Below, one piece after another: positions 20,471-29,461 of a DNA stretch of 46,285 bases. Within the stretch, counting starts at the first letter, position 1. Each line of letters starts with the position of its first letter. The translations under genes and the position numbers were made by a program. The notes below the pieces were generated by a model. The model worked only from the letters and a program-made list of their open reading frames with translations, searched no databases and was not told the DNA's origin. The stretch comes from Dechloromonas sp. (GTDB lineage Bacteria > Pseudomonadota > Gammaproteobacteria > Burkholderiales > Rhodocyclaceae): positions 1-46,285 of the forward strand of contig JAEUOE010000001.1 in the NCBI GenBank assembly GCA_016790885.1, given 5' to 3'.

Positions 20471-21980
20471 TGAAATGAGTCTTTCGCTGGCTGCCGATGA
20501 AATGCACGGTGCACACCAGGCAGGGATCGTGCGAGCGCACGATGTGGCCGATGTCGACCGGGTTGGCCGGGTCGGGAACCGGCAGGCCGACGATGCTTTG
20601 CTCCCAGTGGCCGTGGCGCCCGGCGCTGTCGCGCGGCGAGGCATTCCAGGCGGTCGGCGTGACGATCTGGTACTTGTCGATGACGCCGTTCCGGATGCGC
20701 AGCCAGTGGCCGAGGCCGCCACGCGCCGCCTCGACCAGGCCGTAGCTTTCGCCATCCGGCCAGATGTCGATGCCCGGGTCGATGTAGTGCGGCTGATCCA
20801 TGCTCGCCTTGATCGCCTGCAACGTTTCGCTCATGGCGCCGATCAGCCAGCCGGCGCGGCGCAGACGGGCGAACTGGCGCAGCCAGGTGTTGTCGCCTTC
20901 GCGGGCGAGCAGGTCGCTGATCAGCGGCTCGCCGGCAATGCGCAATTCGGCCAGCGGGCCGGTCTGCACCACCTTGTCGCCGTAACGCGGTGCCTTGGCC
21001 CAGGTGTAACGATCGCTGCCCGGCTGGTGGTCGGGAATGGTCTCGCCCTCCCAGGGGTGCCGCCCGCCGGGGTAGTCGAGGAACCAGCTATGGCGGACGT
21101 GCTCGTTGATTTGCGACTGGTCGAGCGTTTCGATCTGTTGCGTATCGGCATTGAAGAATCCGGCCGGCAGTTCCCGCGCCTCGCTGAGCGGCTGCGGATT
21201 GACCCCGTAGCTGAGCAGGTGGCCGGTGCCCCGGCCCAGGCGGTGCAGGCCGATATCGCGGCTGAAACGGTTGAACAGGCCGAGGGCGCTGCGCTCGCGG
21301 CCGCCTGCCGCGGCCTGCCAGCGGAACAGGGCGTCGGCGCTGTCGAGCGCCATCCACTCTTCCAGACGGCCGCCGATGACGGACTGCTCGAACCAGGCCC
21401 GCACGGCAGCCAGAATGCCGCGGCTGTCGAGAATGCGCCGGCTGTTGGCCGGCTGCGAGATGCCGCCGGGCAGCATGTAGGTCGAATGTGGCCATTGGCC
21501 GCCGAACAGGGCGACGATACCGAGCACGTCGCGCGTGGCCTTGAGCGTGCCGCGCACGACGCTGCCCTTGAGCGGTGTAAAGGCATCACGCAATTCCGCC
21601 GCCAGCGGATGGGCAGCGTAGATGGCGTTGCAGAAATCCGGCGTGAAGAACAGGAAGCTCTGGCGCAGGTCGCTCTGCAGGGTTTCTGCCATCAGGCACA
21701 GGTTGCGCACCTGCACGGCGTGGGCGGGCGGTGTGATGTGGGCGATCTGCTCCAGCGCCAGTGTCGCGGCATAGAGATGGGCGGTGCCGCAGATGCCGCA
21801 GACGCGGGGGGTGATGACCAGCGCATCGCGCGGTGCGCGGCCGATCATGATCTGCTCGAAGCCGCGGTACAGGGTGCCGACGCAGCGCGCATCGACAACC
21901 ACGCCGTCTTCCAGGTCGACCTGGAATTCGAGGTCGCCCTCGACGCGGTTCAGGTCAATATCGACAGTGATGCGGCTCAT
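20463..21980 (-). CDS. Group 2 [NiFe]-hydrogenase large subunit (sensory type)
   Basis: RVEGD, RGFE, L1 PRVCGICGTAH, EAARG, PTAWNASP, L2 SHDPCLVCTVH plus a 12-aa C-terminal extension. Confidence 0.95.
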   Translation of the reverse strand: MSRITVDIDLNRVEGDLEFQVDLEDGVVVDARCVGTLYRGFEQIMIGRAPRDALVITPRVCGICGTAHLYAATLALEQIAHITPPAHAVQVRNLCLMAETLQSDLRQSFLFFTPDFCNAIYAAHPLAAELRDAFTPLKGSVVRGTLKATRDVLGIVALFGGQWPHSTYMLPGGISQPANSRRILDSRGILAAVRAWFEQSVIGGRLEEWMALDSADALFRWQAAAGGRERSALGLFNRFSRDIGLHRLGRGTGHLLSYGVNPQPLSEARELPAGFFNADTQQIETLDQSQINEHVRHSWFLDYPGGRHPWEGETIPDHQPGSDRYTWAKAPRYGDKVVQTGPLAELRIAGEPLISDLLAREGDNTWLRQFARLRRAGWLIGAMSETLQAIKASMDQPHYIDPGIDIWPDGESYGLVEAARGGLGHWLRIRNGVIDKYQIVTPTAWNASPRDSAGRHGHWEQSIVGLPVPDPANPVDIGHIVRSHDPCLVCTVHFIGSQRKTHFNV

Positions 21981-21982
21981 CG

Positions 21983-22918
21983 TCAGGGCTCCATTTCGCG
22001 CTTGACCACCCGTTCGGGTGCAGCGGCGCGCGCCAGGTTCTTGTAGGCCATGTATTTCGCGCGGGCCACGCCGAGCGGCAGAAACTTGGGCACGACGCCG
22101 ATCTTCGGGGTGACGAAGAGGTCACGGTTGGCCGGGAAGTCGGGCGAGGTGCAGCCAAAGCAGGGCACGCCGGCGCGCGTCTTGCTGTTTTGCCCGTTCC
22201 ACAACTCCGAGTTGCACGGGGCGACGGTTTGCGGGCCGCGGCAACCGAGGTTGAAGAACAGGCAGCCCCGGCCGCCGAGCACGTTATCCTCGATGTCGTA
22301 TTCGTGATATTCGTTGCGCGTGCAGCCCTGGTGCACCAGGGTGGAGAAGAAGGCCGTCGGGCGGTTGAGCGTGTCGAGCGCGAGCGGCTCGTTTTCAGCC
22401 AGCATGGCCAGCAGGCGGGTCATCGTGTTGGGGTGGGCCGGGCAGCCGGCGACATTGATCACCGGCTGGCCGTGGCGTGTCCGCCAGTCGGCACCGAGCA
22501 GGCCGCCCGGCTGGTTGTTCAGGTATTGCAAGCCGGTGCAATCGGTGGGGTTCGGCCCGGCGGCATGCACGCCGCCGAATGCGGCGCAGGTGCCCATGGC
22601 GACAACGTGGGTGGCGAGCGGGGCCAGTTGGCGCACGATGTCGATCTTGGCCCGGCCTTTCCAGGTGTCGTACTGGCCGCTACCGTTGGGGCCGGTCATC
22701 AGGCTGCCCTCGATGCACAGGATGTCGAGCTTTTCCCGGCCGCTGAGCAGGGCGTCGAGCACGTCGCCAAAGCGATGTTCGGCGGTCAGCGAGGGATGCC
22801 ACAGGAAGCTCAGGCCATAGTGCTCGACCAGATTCTCGATGCTGGGCCGGTCGGCACAGAGCAAAGCCATCGAGTCGCCACTGCAGGCGCCGGTTTGCAT
22901 CCAGACGATATTGGCCAT
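21983..22918 (-). CDS. Group 2 [NiFe]-hydrogenase small subunit, cytoplasmic
   Basis: No Tat leader; CSGD, GTCA.FGG, GCPAHP, HQGC, GCL..LGCRGP, PCFGC; HoxB/HupU-like C-terminal tail. Confidence 0.93.
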   Translation of the reverse strand: MANIVWMQTGACSGDSMALLCADRPSIENLVEHYGLSFLWHPSLTAEHRFGDVLDALLSGREKLDILCIEGSLMTGPNGSGQYDTWKGRAKIDIVRQLAPLATHVVAMGTCAAFGGVHAAGPNPTDCTGLQYLNNQPGGLLGADWRTRHGQPVINVAGCPAHPNTMTRLLAMLAENEPLALDTLNRPTAFFSTLVHQGCTRNEYHEYDIEDNVLGGRGCLFFNLGCRGPQTVAPCNSELWNGQNSKTRAGVPCFGCTSPDFPANRDLFVTPKIGVVPKFLPLGVARAKYMAYKNLARAAAPERVVKREMEP

Positions 22919-23029
22919 GACCGCTCTCCCGGGGGCTGCTTGTGGGTGGATGCAGCGCTTACTGCATCAAAATATCAAAAGTAGCCGAGAAAATTATTGT
23001 GTTGTTAATTTTAATGATTAAACCATTAT

Positions 23030-23482
23030 TCAGGCAACTACTGTTTTTCCTATGTAGTCATTTGAGTCCGTTATCAGGCGCGACGCAAGGGCCGGGCCGA
23101 CAATCTGAAAGGCCAGTTTCGTCCGCCCGCGCAGTTTGAGCAGGGCCTTGTCCTTGCTGACCAGCACATCGGCACTGCAGCGGGCTGACAGTTCGAGAAA
23201 CTTCTGGTCGTCGCGGTCCTTGCAGCGCGGCAGGGGAGGGGCTTCACCCTCGGGAAACACCGTGACCAGGCTGCTGTAGCGGGCGTAGCGCTCGCTGATC
23301 ATGCCCGGCGTCAGCTTGAGTTGCGGGTAGGTCAGCACGCGTTGCAATTCGTCCAGCGTGCGCTGGTCGGCCATGCATTCGATAAGGCCGGCTTCGAGGG
23401 CGGCCATGATCGGCACGGCGTCGGTATTTCCCCAATGAAACAGATCGAGGACCACATTGGTGTCGAGAACGAGGCGCAGCAT
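23030..23482 (-). CDS. PIN domain protein (PIN_3-type putative toxin), no adjacent antitoxin
   Basis: LVLDTNV, EL.RVL, CKDRDDQKFLEL, LVSKDKALL. Confidence 0.85.
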   Translation of the reverse strand: MLRLVLDTNVVLDLFHWGNTDAVPIMAALEAGLIECMADQRTLDELQRVLTYPQLKLTPGMISERYARYSSLVTVFPEGEAPPLPRCKDRDDQKFLELSARCSADVLVSKDKALLKLRGRTKLAFQIVGPALASRLITDSNDYIGKTVVA

Positions 23483-23529
23483 GGAGCCATTATAATGCGC
23501 GCCTTTCTGCCGCCCCTGGTAAATCCCCC

Positions 23530-24501
23530 ATGTCCCGTATCCTGCTCGCTCCGATGGAAGGCCTGGCCGACCCCCTGATGCGCAATGTGCTGACGGCGAT
23601 TGGCGGCTACGACTGGGGGATTTGCGAATTCGTCCGCGTCACCGAGAGCGTGTTGCCCAATCGCACCTTCCTGCGCACTTGCCCGGAGTTGTTGCACGAC
23701 AGCCGGACCGATGCCGGCACACCGATGCGCGTCCAGTTGCTCGGCTCCGATCCGCATTTCATGGCGGCCAATGCGCGGCGTCTGGTCAAGCACCGGCCGG
23801 CCGGGGTGGATATCAATTTCGGTTGTCCGGCACCAACGGTGTTCCGCCACCGTGGCGGTTCGGCGCTGCTCGGCGAGCCGGATTTGCTGCACGCCATTGT
23901 CAGCGCCGTGCGTGCCGAAGTGCCGGCTGACATTCCGTTGACCGCCAAGATGCGCCTCGGTATCGCCGACAGCAGCCTGGCCGTCGATTGTGCCCAGGCC
24001 ATCGAGGCGGGGGGCGTCGATGAACTGATCGTACACGGCCGGACCAAGGTCGACGGCTACAAGCCGCCGGCCCGCTGGGCGCAGATCGACCGGGTGCGGG
24101 CGGCGGTTGGCATCCCGATCATCGCCAATGGCGAGGTATGGACGGTGGCCGATTTCCGCCAGTGCCAGCAGGAGTCTGGCTGTGCCGACATCATGCTCGG
24201 GCGCGGCGCGCTGGCCGATCCGCTGCTGCCGCGCAAGGTGCGCGGCGAGGCGGGCGGTGGCTGGCCGGAACTGGTGCCTGCGGTGGCAACCTATTGGTAC
24301 GGCGTGCGCGAGCGGGTCATGCCGGTGCATGCCGGCGGCCGCCTCAAGCAGTGGCTGATGCTGCTGCGCCGCCATTACCCGCAGGCCGAGGCGCTCTACC
24401 AGCAATTGCGGCCGGTCAAGGCGGCGGAAGACATCGACCGCCTGCTGCTCGCTGCGGGCATCCTGGAAACGCTACCCGACCGCCTGCTGCTGGCGGCCTG
24501 A
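23530..24501 (+). CDS. dusC: tRNA-dihydrouridine synthase (DusC-like)
   Basis: LAPMEG, VQLLGSDP, INFGCP, GGSALL, VHGRTK..GYKPPA, ANGEVWT, GRLKQW. Confidence 0.85.
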   Translation: MSRILLAPMEGLADPLMRNVLTAIGGYDWGICEFVRVTESVLPNRTFLRTCPELLHDSRTDAGTPMRVQLLGSDPHFMAANARRLVKHRPAGVDINFGCPAPTVFRHRGGSALLGEPDLLHAIVSAVRAEVPADIPLTAKMRLGIADSSLAVDCAQAIEAGGVDELIVHGRTKVDGYKPPARWAQIDRVRAAVGIPIIANGEVWTVADFRQCQQESGCADIMLGRGALADPLLPRKVRGEAGGGWPELVPAVATYWYGVRERVMPVHAGGRLKQWLMLLRRHYPQAEALYQQLRPVKAAEDIDRLLLAAGILETLPDRLLLAA

Positions 24502-24511
24502 CGGATATCCT

Positions 24512-25180
24512 ATGGCCGGCAATTCCCGTTTCATCAGCAGCGCCCAGAGCGGCCCGCACGACGATCTGGCGGCGCTGGTGCACCGCCACCTGGATCATCC
24601 CTTCCGCAAGCCGATACTCGATTACAACCGCCAGGCCTTCTCGGCGGCACTGGCTGCGCGCGACGCCTGGAACCCCGGCGCGCCGCTTGTCCTCGATGCC
24701 GGCTGCGGCGTGGGCTGGAGCACGCTGCGCCTGGCCGAACGCTACCCCGATCATTTCGTCATTGGCGTCGATCAATCGAGCGACCGCATCGGGCGGGGCA
24801 AACCCCTGGCACTGCCGGCCAACGCCCTTTTCGTGCGCGCCGATCTGGTCGATTTGTGGCGCCTGCTGCGCGCAGCGGATATTCGCCTGGCACGCCATTA
24901 CGTGCTCTATCCCAACCCCTGGCCGAAGATCGGCCACCTCGCCCGGCGCTGGCATGGGCATGCGGTATTTCCCGACTTGCTGGCCCTGGGTGGTGTATTC
25001 GAGTGCCGCAGCAACTGGCGCATCTATATCGAGGAGTTGGCCATCGCCATCGGGCTGGCCACCGGCAAAGTCGCGTCCTGCCAGCCCTGGCTGCCGGAGG
25101 GCGAGCCGCTGACGCCGTTCGAGAAGAAATACCTGGCGTCCGGCCACGCGCTTTTTCGCCTGGTGGTCGACCTCGATTGA
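24512..25180 (+). CDS. TrmB-like SAM-dependent methyltransferase
   Basis: LDAGCGVG, GVDQS, LYPNPWPK...RRWH, RSNW..Y, TPFEKKY pattern of TrmB-like proteins. Confidence 0.75.
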   Translation: MAGNSRFISSAQSGPHDDLAALVHRHLDHPFRKPILDYNRQAFSAALAARDAWNPGAPLVLDAGCGVGWSTLRLAERYPDHFVIGVDQSSDRIGRGKPLALPANALFVRADLVDLWRLLRAADIRLARHYVLYPNPWPKIGHLARRWHGHAVFPDLLALGGVFECRSNWRIYIEELAIAIGLATGKVASCQPWLPEGEPLTPFEKKYLASGHALFRLVVDLD

Positions 25181-25219
25181 CTCCCGCCCGCTGCCTTCCT
25201 GATTCCTGAACAGCCCGGC

Positions 25220-25546
25220 ATGTCCGAACCTGTCTCTCCCTGCCAATCCTGCGGTGCCTGCTGCGCCAGCTTTCGCGTCGATTTTCATCCAGCCGAACTG
25301 GCCGGCGGCGCCTTTGCCTGGGGGCGGGGCGTTCCTGTGGCCATGACCCTGCCGGTGACGGCCGGCATTGTTCGGCTTTGCGGCACCGACGCCAGCGAGC
25401 CGCGCTGCATCGCACTGGCCGGTGAAATCGGCCAGGCGGTGCGGTGCACGATCTACGCCGAGCGCCCCTCGCCATGCCGCGAATTCGATATCGAACACGC
25501 GGCCTGCAACCGGGCGCGCCAGCGTCACGGTTTGCCGCCGCTATAA
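25220..25546 (+). CDS. YkgJ family cysteine-cluster protein
   Basis: CQSCGACC, RC.AL.G, CTIY..RPSPCREF. Confidence 0.88.
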   Translation: MSEPVSPCQSCGACCASFRVDFHPAELAGGAFAWGRGVPVAMTLPVTAGIVRLCGTDASEPRCIALAGEIGQAVRCTIYAERPSPCREFDIEHAACNRARQRHGLPPL

Positions 25547-25886
25547 AGCTTGTTTATCCCCGTTTTGGTCGGACAAAGCTGTGGATAAGCTCGGGATCGT
25601 TGCGCTAAGTCGCTGAAGCGCAATGCAAAACCGGGTGTTGCACAAGATTTGTGCAAATGTCTGAAATGCCCATCCTGCAAGGCTTTTCGGCAATTGTGTG
25701 GTACGCGCAGGGACTTGCCCAGCCATCGGGTTTGTTCCCTGGCGACCGGCGGAGCGGCTGGCCGGCCAATGAATAAAGCTTATTTATCCCCGTTCTGGTC
25801 GGGTAAGTCTGTGGATAAGTTCTGGGTAGATTGGCCAAGCACTTGTCCGGCAAGGGTTTTACCCTTGTTGCCTAAGTTTTGAGCAA
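25543..25886. repeat. Two ~114-bp degenerate direct repeats (230-bp offset), each with opposed DnaA boxes and a Fis-like site
   Basis: TTATCCCCG at 25554 and 25784; TGTGGATAA at 25580 and 25810; G-N13-C Fis-like sites at 25640 and 25870; no indels between copies. Confidence 0.85.
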
Positions 25887-25935
25887 TGATTGCTGCGGTG
25901 CACATCAATGCATGGCAAAAATCGCAAGATAAGCT

Positions 25936-25949
25936 ATCATATATAAGAC
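25936..25949. promoter_or_regulatory. Possible GntR-family (SdhR-type) TCA-cycle regulator site upstream of acnB
   Basis: ATCATATATAAGAC matches 12/14 of the palindrome GTCTTATATAAGAC, which I recall for betaproteobacterial TCA genes. Confidence 0.45.
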
Positions 25950-26051
25950 TTGCGAGCCGGCCCCGGGACGCTACCCGCCGATCCATTCGGCCGCCGCGAT
26001 TGTCGTAAAATAATCGTTTCCCAGAGCAACCCTTTACGAAAGGAAGTCGCC

Positions 26052-28640
26052 GTGCTTGAAGCCTATCGCGCCCACGTTGCAGAGCGTGCAGCCCTCGGTA
26101 TCCCTCCGCTGCCCCTGTCCAAGCAACAGACCACCGAACTGGTGGCCCTGCTGAAGAATCCTCCCGCCGGCGAAGAAGCCGCTCTGGTCGAACTGATCAC
26201 CTACCGCGTTCCGGCCGGTGTCGATGACGCCGCCAAGGTCAAGGCCGAGTTCCTGGCCAAGGTCGCCAAGGGTGAAGAGTCCTGCGCCCTGATTTCCAAG
26301 GAAAAAGCCACCGAACTGCTCGGCACCATGCTCGGCGGCTACAACGTCAAGCCGCTGATCGACCTGCTCGGCTGCGCCACCTGCGGCGCCGTCGCCGCCG
26401 AAGGCCTGAAGAAGACCCTGCTGGTTTTCGACTTCTTCCATGATGTCGCCGAGCTGGCCAAGGCCGGCAATGCCAACGCCAAGGCTGTCATGCAGTCCTG
26501 GGCCGACGCCGAGTGGTTCACCTCGCGTCCGGAAGTCCCGGCTTCGCAGAAACTGACCGTCTTCAAGGTTACCGGCGAAACCAACACCGACGACCTGTCG
26601 CCGGCGCCGGATGCCTGGTCGCGTCCGGACATCCCGCTGCACGCGCTGGCTATGCTCAAGAACCCGCGTCCGGGTATCGAAGCCGACGAGCCGGGTTCGC
26701 GCGGCCCGATCAAGCAACTGGAAAAGCTGGCTGCTAAGGGCAACCTGATCGCCTACGTCGGTGACGTGGTCGGTACCGGTTCTTCCCGCAAGTCCGCCAC
26801 CAACTCCGTGCTGTGGTTCACCGGCGAAGACATCCCCTTCGTCCCGAACAAGCGTTTCGGCGGCGTCTGCCTCGGCTCCAAGATCGCTCCGATCTTCTTC
26901 AACACGATGGAAGATGCCGGCGCCCTGCCGATTGAAATCGCTGCTGACCAGATGGACATGGGTGACGAGATCGAACTGACCGTCGACCAAGCCACCGGCA
27001 AGGTTGTTGCCACCAAGAACGGCGCCACAATTGCCGAATCCCAGCTCAAGACCCTCGTTATCCTCGACGAAGTCCGCGCTGGCGGCCGTATCCCCCTGAT
27101 CATCGGTCGTGGTCTGACCACCAAGGCGCGTGAATTCCTCGGCCTGCCGCAATCGACCCTGTTCCGCCTGCCGCAAAACCCGGCCGACGACGGCAAGGGC
27201 TACTCGCTGGCCCAGAAGATGGTCGGCAAGGCCTGTGGCGTGACCGGCATCCTGCCGGGCACCTACTGCGAGCCGAAGATGACCACCGTCGGTTCGCAAG
27301 ACACGACTGGCCCGATGACCCGCGACGAACTGAAAGACTTGGCCTGCCTCGGCTTCTCCGCCGATCTGGTCATGCAGTCCTTCTGTCATACCGCCGCTTA
27401 TCCGAAGCTGGTCGACGTGCGCATGCACCGCGAACTGCCGTCCTTCATCTCGACCCGTGGCGGCGTTGCGCTGCGTCCGGGCGACGGCGTCATCCACTCC
27501 TGGCTGAACCGCCTGCTGCTGCCGGATACCGTCGGCACCGGCGGTGACTCGCACACCCGTTTCCCGATCGGCATCTCCTTCCCGGCTGGTTCCGGTCTGG
27601 TTGCCTTTGCTGCCGCCACCGGCGTCATGCCGCTGGACATGCCGGAATCCGTGCTCGTCCGCTTCAAGGGCGAAATGCAACCGGGCATCACCCTGCGTGA
27701 CCTGGTCAACGCCATTCCGCTCTACGCCATCAAGGCCGGCTTGCTGACCGTCGAGAAGAAGGGCAAGAAGAACGTCTTCTCCGGCCGCATCCTCGAAATT
27801 GAAGGCCTGCCGAACCTCAAGGTCGAACAAGCTTTCGAGCTGTCCGACGCTGCCGCCGAGCGTTCGGCTGCCGCCTGTGCCGTCGCCCTGAACAAGGAAC
27901 CGATGGTCGAGTACATGCGTTCGAACATCACCCTGATGAAGTGGATGATCGCCGAAGGCTACGCCGATGCCCGCACCCTGAAGCGCCGCATCAACGCCAT
28001 GGAAGACTGGATCGCTAACGGCACGCTGCTCAAGGCTGACGCCAATGCCCAGTACGCTGCAGTCATCGAAATCGACCTGGCCGAAGTCACCGAGCCGATC
28101 TTGGCCTGCCCGAACGATCCGGACGACGTCAAGGTTCTGTCCGAAGTCGCCGGCGCCAAGATCGATGAAGTCTTCATCGGCTCCTGCATGACCAACATCG
28201 GCCACTTCCGTGCCGCCGGCAAGGTCCTCGAAGGCAAGTCCGACATCCCGACCCGCCTGTGGATCGCTCCGCCGACCAAGATGGACGCGCTGATTCTGAC
28301 CGAAGAAGGCTACTACGGCGTTCTCGGCAAGTCCGGCGCCCGTATGGAAATGCCGGGCTGCTCGCTGTGCATGGGTAACCAGGCACAGATCCGCAAGGGC
28401 TCCACCGCGATCTCCACCTCCACCCGCAACTTCCCGAACCGCCTTGGTATCGATACCCAGGTGTACCTCGGTTCCGCCGAACTGGCCGCCATGTGCGCCC
28501 TGGCCGGCCGTATCGTGACCGTTGCGGAATACATGGAGCAGATCAAGCTGGTGAATGCCAAGGCCGGTGAAGTCTATCGCTACATGAACTTCGACCAGAT
28601 TCCGGCGTTCGTCGAAGTCGCTGATACGGTCGAGATGTAA
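26052..28640 (+). CDS. acnB: Aconitate hydratase 2
   Basis: GTG start after AAGGAAG; [59 protein letters not shown]. Confidence 0.97.
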   Translation: MLEAYRAHVAERAALGIPPLPLSKQQTTELVALLKNPPAGEEAALVELITYRVPAGVDDAAKVKAEFLAKVAKGEESCALISKEKATELLGTMLGGYNVKPLIDLLGCATCGAVAAEGLKKTLLVFDFFHDVAELAKAGNANAKAVMQSWADAEWFTSRPEVPASQKLTVFKVTGETNTDDLSPAPDAWSRPDIPLHALAMLKNPRPGIEADEPGSRGPIKQLEKLAAKGNLIAYVGDVVGTGSSRKSATNSVLWFTGEDIPFVPNKRFGGVCLGSKIAPIFFNTMEDAGALPIEIAADQMDMGDEIELTVDQATGKVVATKNGATIAESQLKTLVILDEVRAGGRIPLIIGRGLTTKAREFLGLPQSTLFRLPQNPADDGKGYSLAQKMVGKACGVTGILPGTYCEPKMTTVGSQDTTGPMTRDELKDLACLGFSADLVMQSFCHTAAYPKLVDVRMHRELPSFISTRGGVALRPGDGVIHSWLNRLLLPDTVGTGGDSHTRFPIGISFPAGSGLVAFAAATGVMPLDMPESVLVRFKGEMQPGITLRDLVNAIPLYAIKAGLLTVEKKGKKNVFSGRILEIEGLPNLKVEQAFELSDAAAERSAAACAVALNKEPMVEYMRSNITLMKWMIAEGYADARTLKRRINAMEDWIANGTLLKADANAQYAAVIEIDLAEVTEPILACPNDPDDVKVLSEVAGAKIDEVFIGSCMTNIGHFRAAGKVLEGKSDIPTRLWIAPPTKMDALILTEEGYYGVLGKSGARMEMPGCSLCMGNQAQIRKGSTAISTSTRNFPNRLGIDTQVYLGSAELAAMCALAGRIVTVAEYMEQIKLVNAKAGEVYRYMNFDQIPAFVEVADTVEM

Positions 28641-28650
28641 GTCGCTGTCT

Positions 28651-28728
28651 TGCCGCCGGTTCAACCCGGCGGCATCAGGGAAACAGAAGCCCTGCCATGC
28701 CGGTAACAGCCGGCCGGCAGGGTTTTTT
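28651..28728 (+). terminator. Two hairpins ending in a T-run after acnB
   Basis: TGCCGCCGG/CCGGCGGCA stem, then CCCTGCC...GGCAGGG followed by TTTTTT. Confidence 0.75.
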
Positions 28729-28730
28729 AA

Positions 28731-28949
28731 TCAGTGGATGCTGCCGGCGTTCGCGCAGATGCGCTTTTCGTAGCGGGCCAGGGCGCGTTCGGCTTCGCTG
28801 AGGTTGCGGACGTATCCGCCGTCGGGGAGGTTGGCGCAGGGGCGGTGGTTGGCGTAAATCCGGAAGCCCCCGTCGCTGGGGCGCAAGACGACGCTGATGC
28901 CGTTGATGACGGTGCCGAGACCCAACATGCCTGCCGAAAATCGCTTCAT
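28731..28949 (-). CDS. Small hypothetical protein (72 aa)
   Basis: GGAG RBS, plausible codon usage, converges on the acnB terminator; no family recognised. Confidence 0.6.
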   Translation of the reverse strand: MKRFSAGMLGLGTVINGISVVLRPSDGGFRIYANHRPCANLPDGGYVRNLSEAERALARYEKRICANAGSIH

Positions 28950-29186
28950 TCACGTGCTCCCATCGTTATCCGACTGTTGCCCAAAATGAAATTGCCGCCG
29001 GCGGTGATTTCAACGCCGCGAACAGTTATCTTGCACGATGGGGTTGCCTTGGGCAAGTGCCGATTTTTGAGGATTTTTCGGGTTCACCGCAGCGCATGCT
29101 GCCTACGGTGTTTTACAACAAAAATTGGCGCTTTTCGTGTGTTGGTGTAGAGTTAAATCAGGAAAGTCCATTTTTGAGGTGGTTAT

Positions 29187-29432
29187 ATGGAAATTCGCTC
29201 CGTTACATCCAGCCTGAGTGCCTTCACCGGTGTCGGTGGGGCGCAAGGTCAGGCGAATCAGGTTCAGCAAAGCCAGCAGGCGCAGCAGGGCTCTCAGGCT
29301 GAGGCGACCCGGCAGGCCGAACGGCGTGAGCCGCGTCCTGAGGAGCGCGTCGAGCGCACCGAAGAGCGTCCGCGTCCGGTAACCAATGCGCAAGGCCAGC
29401 AAACTGGCACGCTGATCAATATCACTGCCTGA
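29187..29432 (+). CDS. Q/E/R-rich small protein ending ..TGTLINITA
   Basis: GAGGTG RBS; low-complexity body; C-terminal motif shared with the next ORF. Confidence 0.75.
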   Translation: MEIRSVTSSLSAFTGVGGAQGQANQVQQSQQAQQGSQAEATRQAERREPRPEERVERTEERPRPVTNAQGQQTGTLINITA

Positions 29433-29461
29433 GAGCACGGTGTGGATGAAGAGGTAAGCTG

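Noticed and set aside
20471-20755. 95-aa N-terminal extension of the kinase ORF overlapping the large subunit, suggesting a frameshift fusion
   Set aside because: Low-complexity out-of-frame translation; a normal coupled ATG exists at 20470 and no slippery site is evident.
23030-23482. Second complete TA system at the PIN_3 gene
   Set aside because: No antitoxin ORF fits upstream (47 nt to the divergent dus gene); solo PIN genes of this type are common.
25543-25886. oriC or CRISPR interpretation of the repeat
   Set aside because: Only two units with no spacer array or cas genes; no dnaA/gidA context and no clear AT-rich unwinding element.
26034-28664. 876-aa ORF antisense to acnB, and similar long antisense ORFs over fadE, the thiolases and bio genes
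   Set aside because: Shadow frames produced by strong high-GC codon bias; no recognisable motifs.
29040-29186. Sigma28 or sigma54 promoter for the paired small ORFs
   Set aside because: GCCGATTT lacks a properly spaced TAAA, and the TGGC lacks a matching TTGC.
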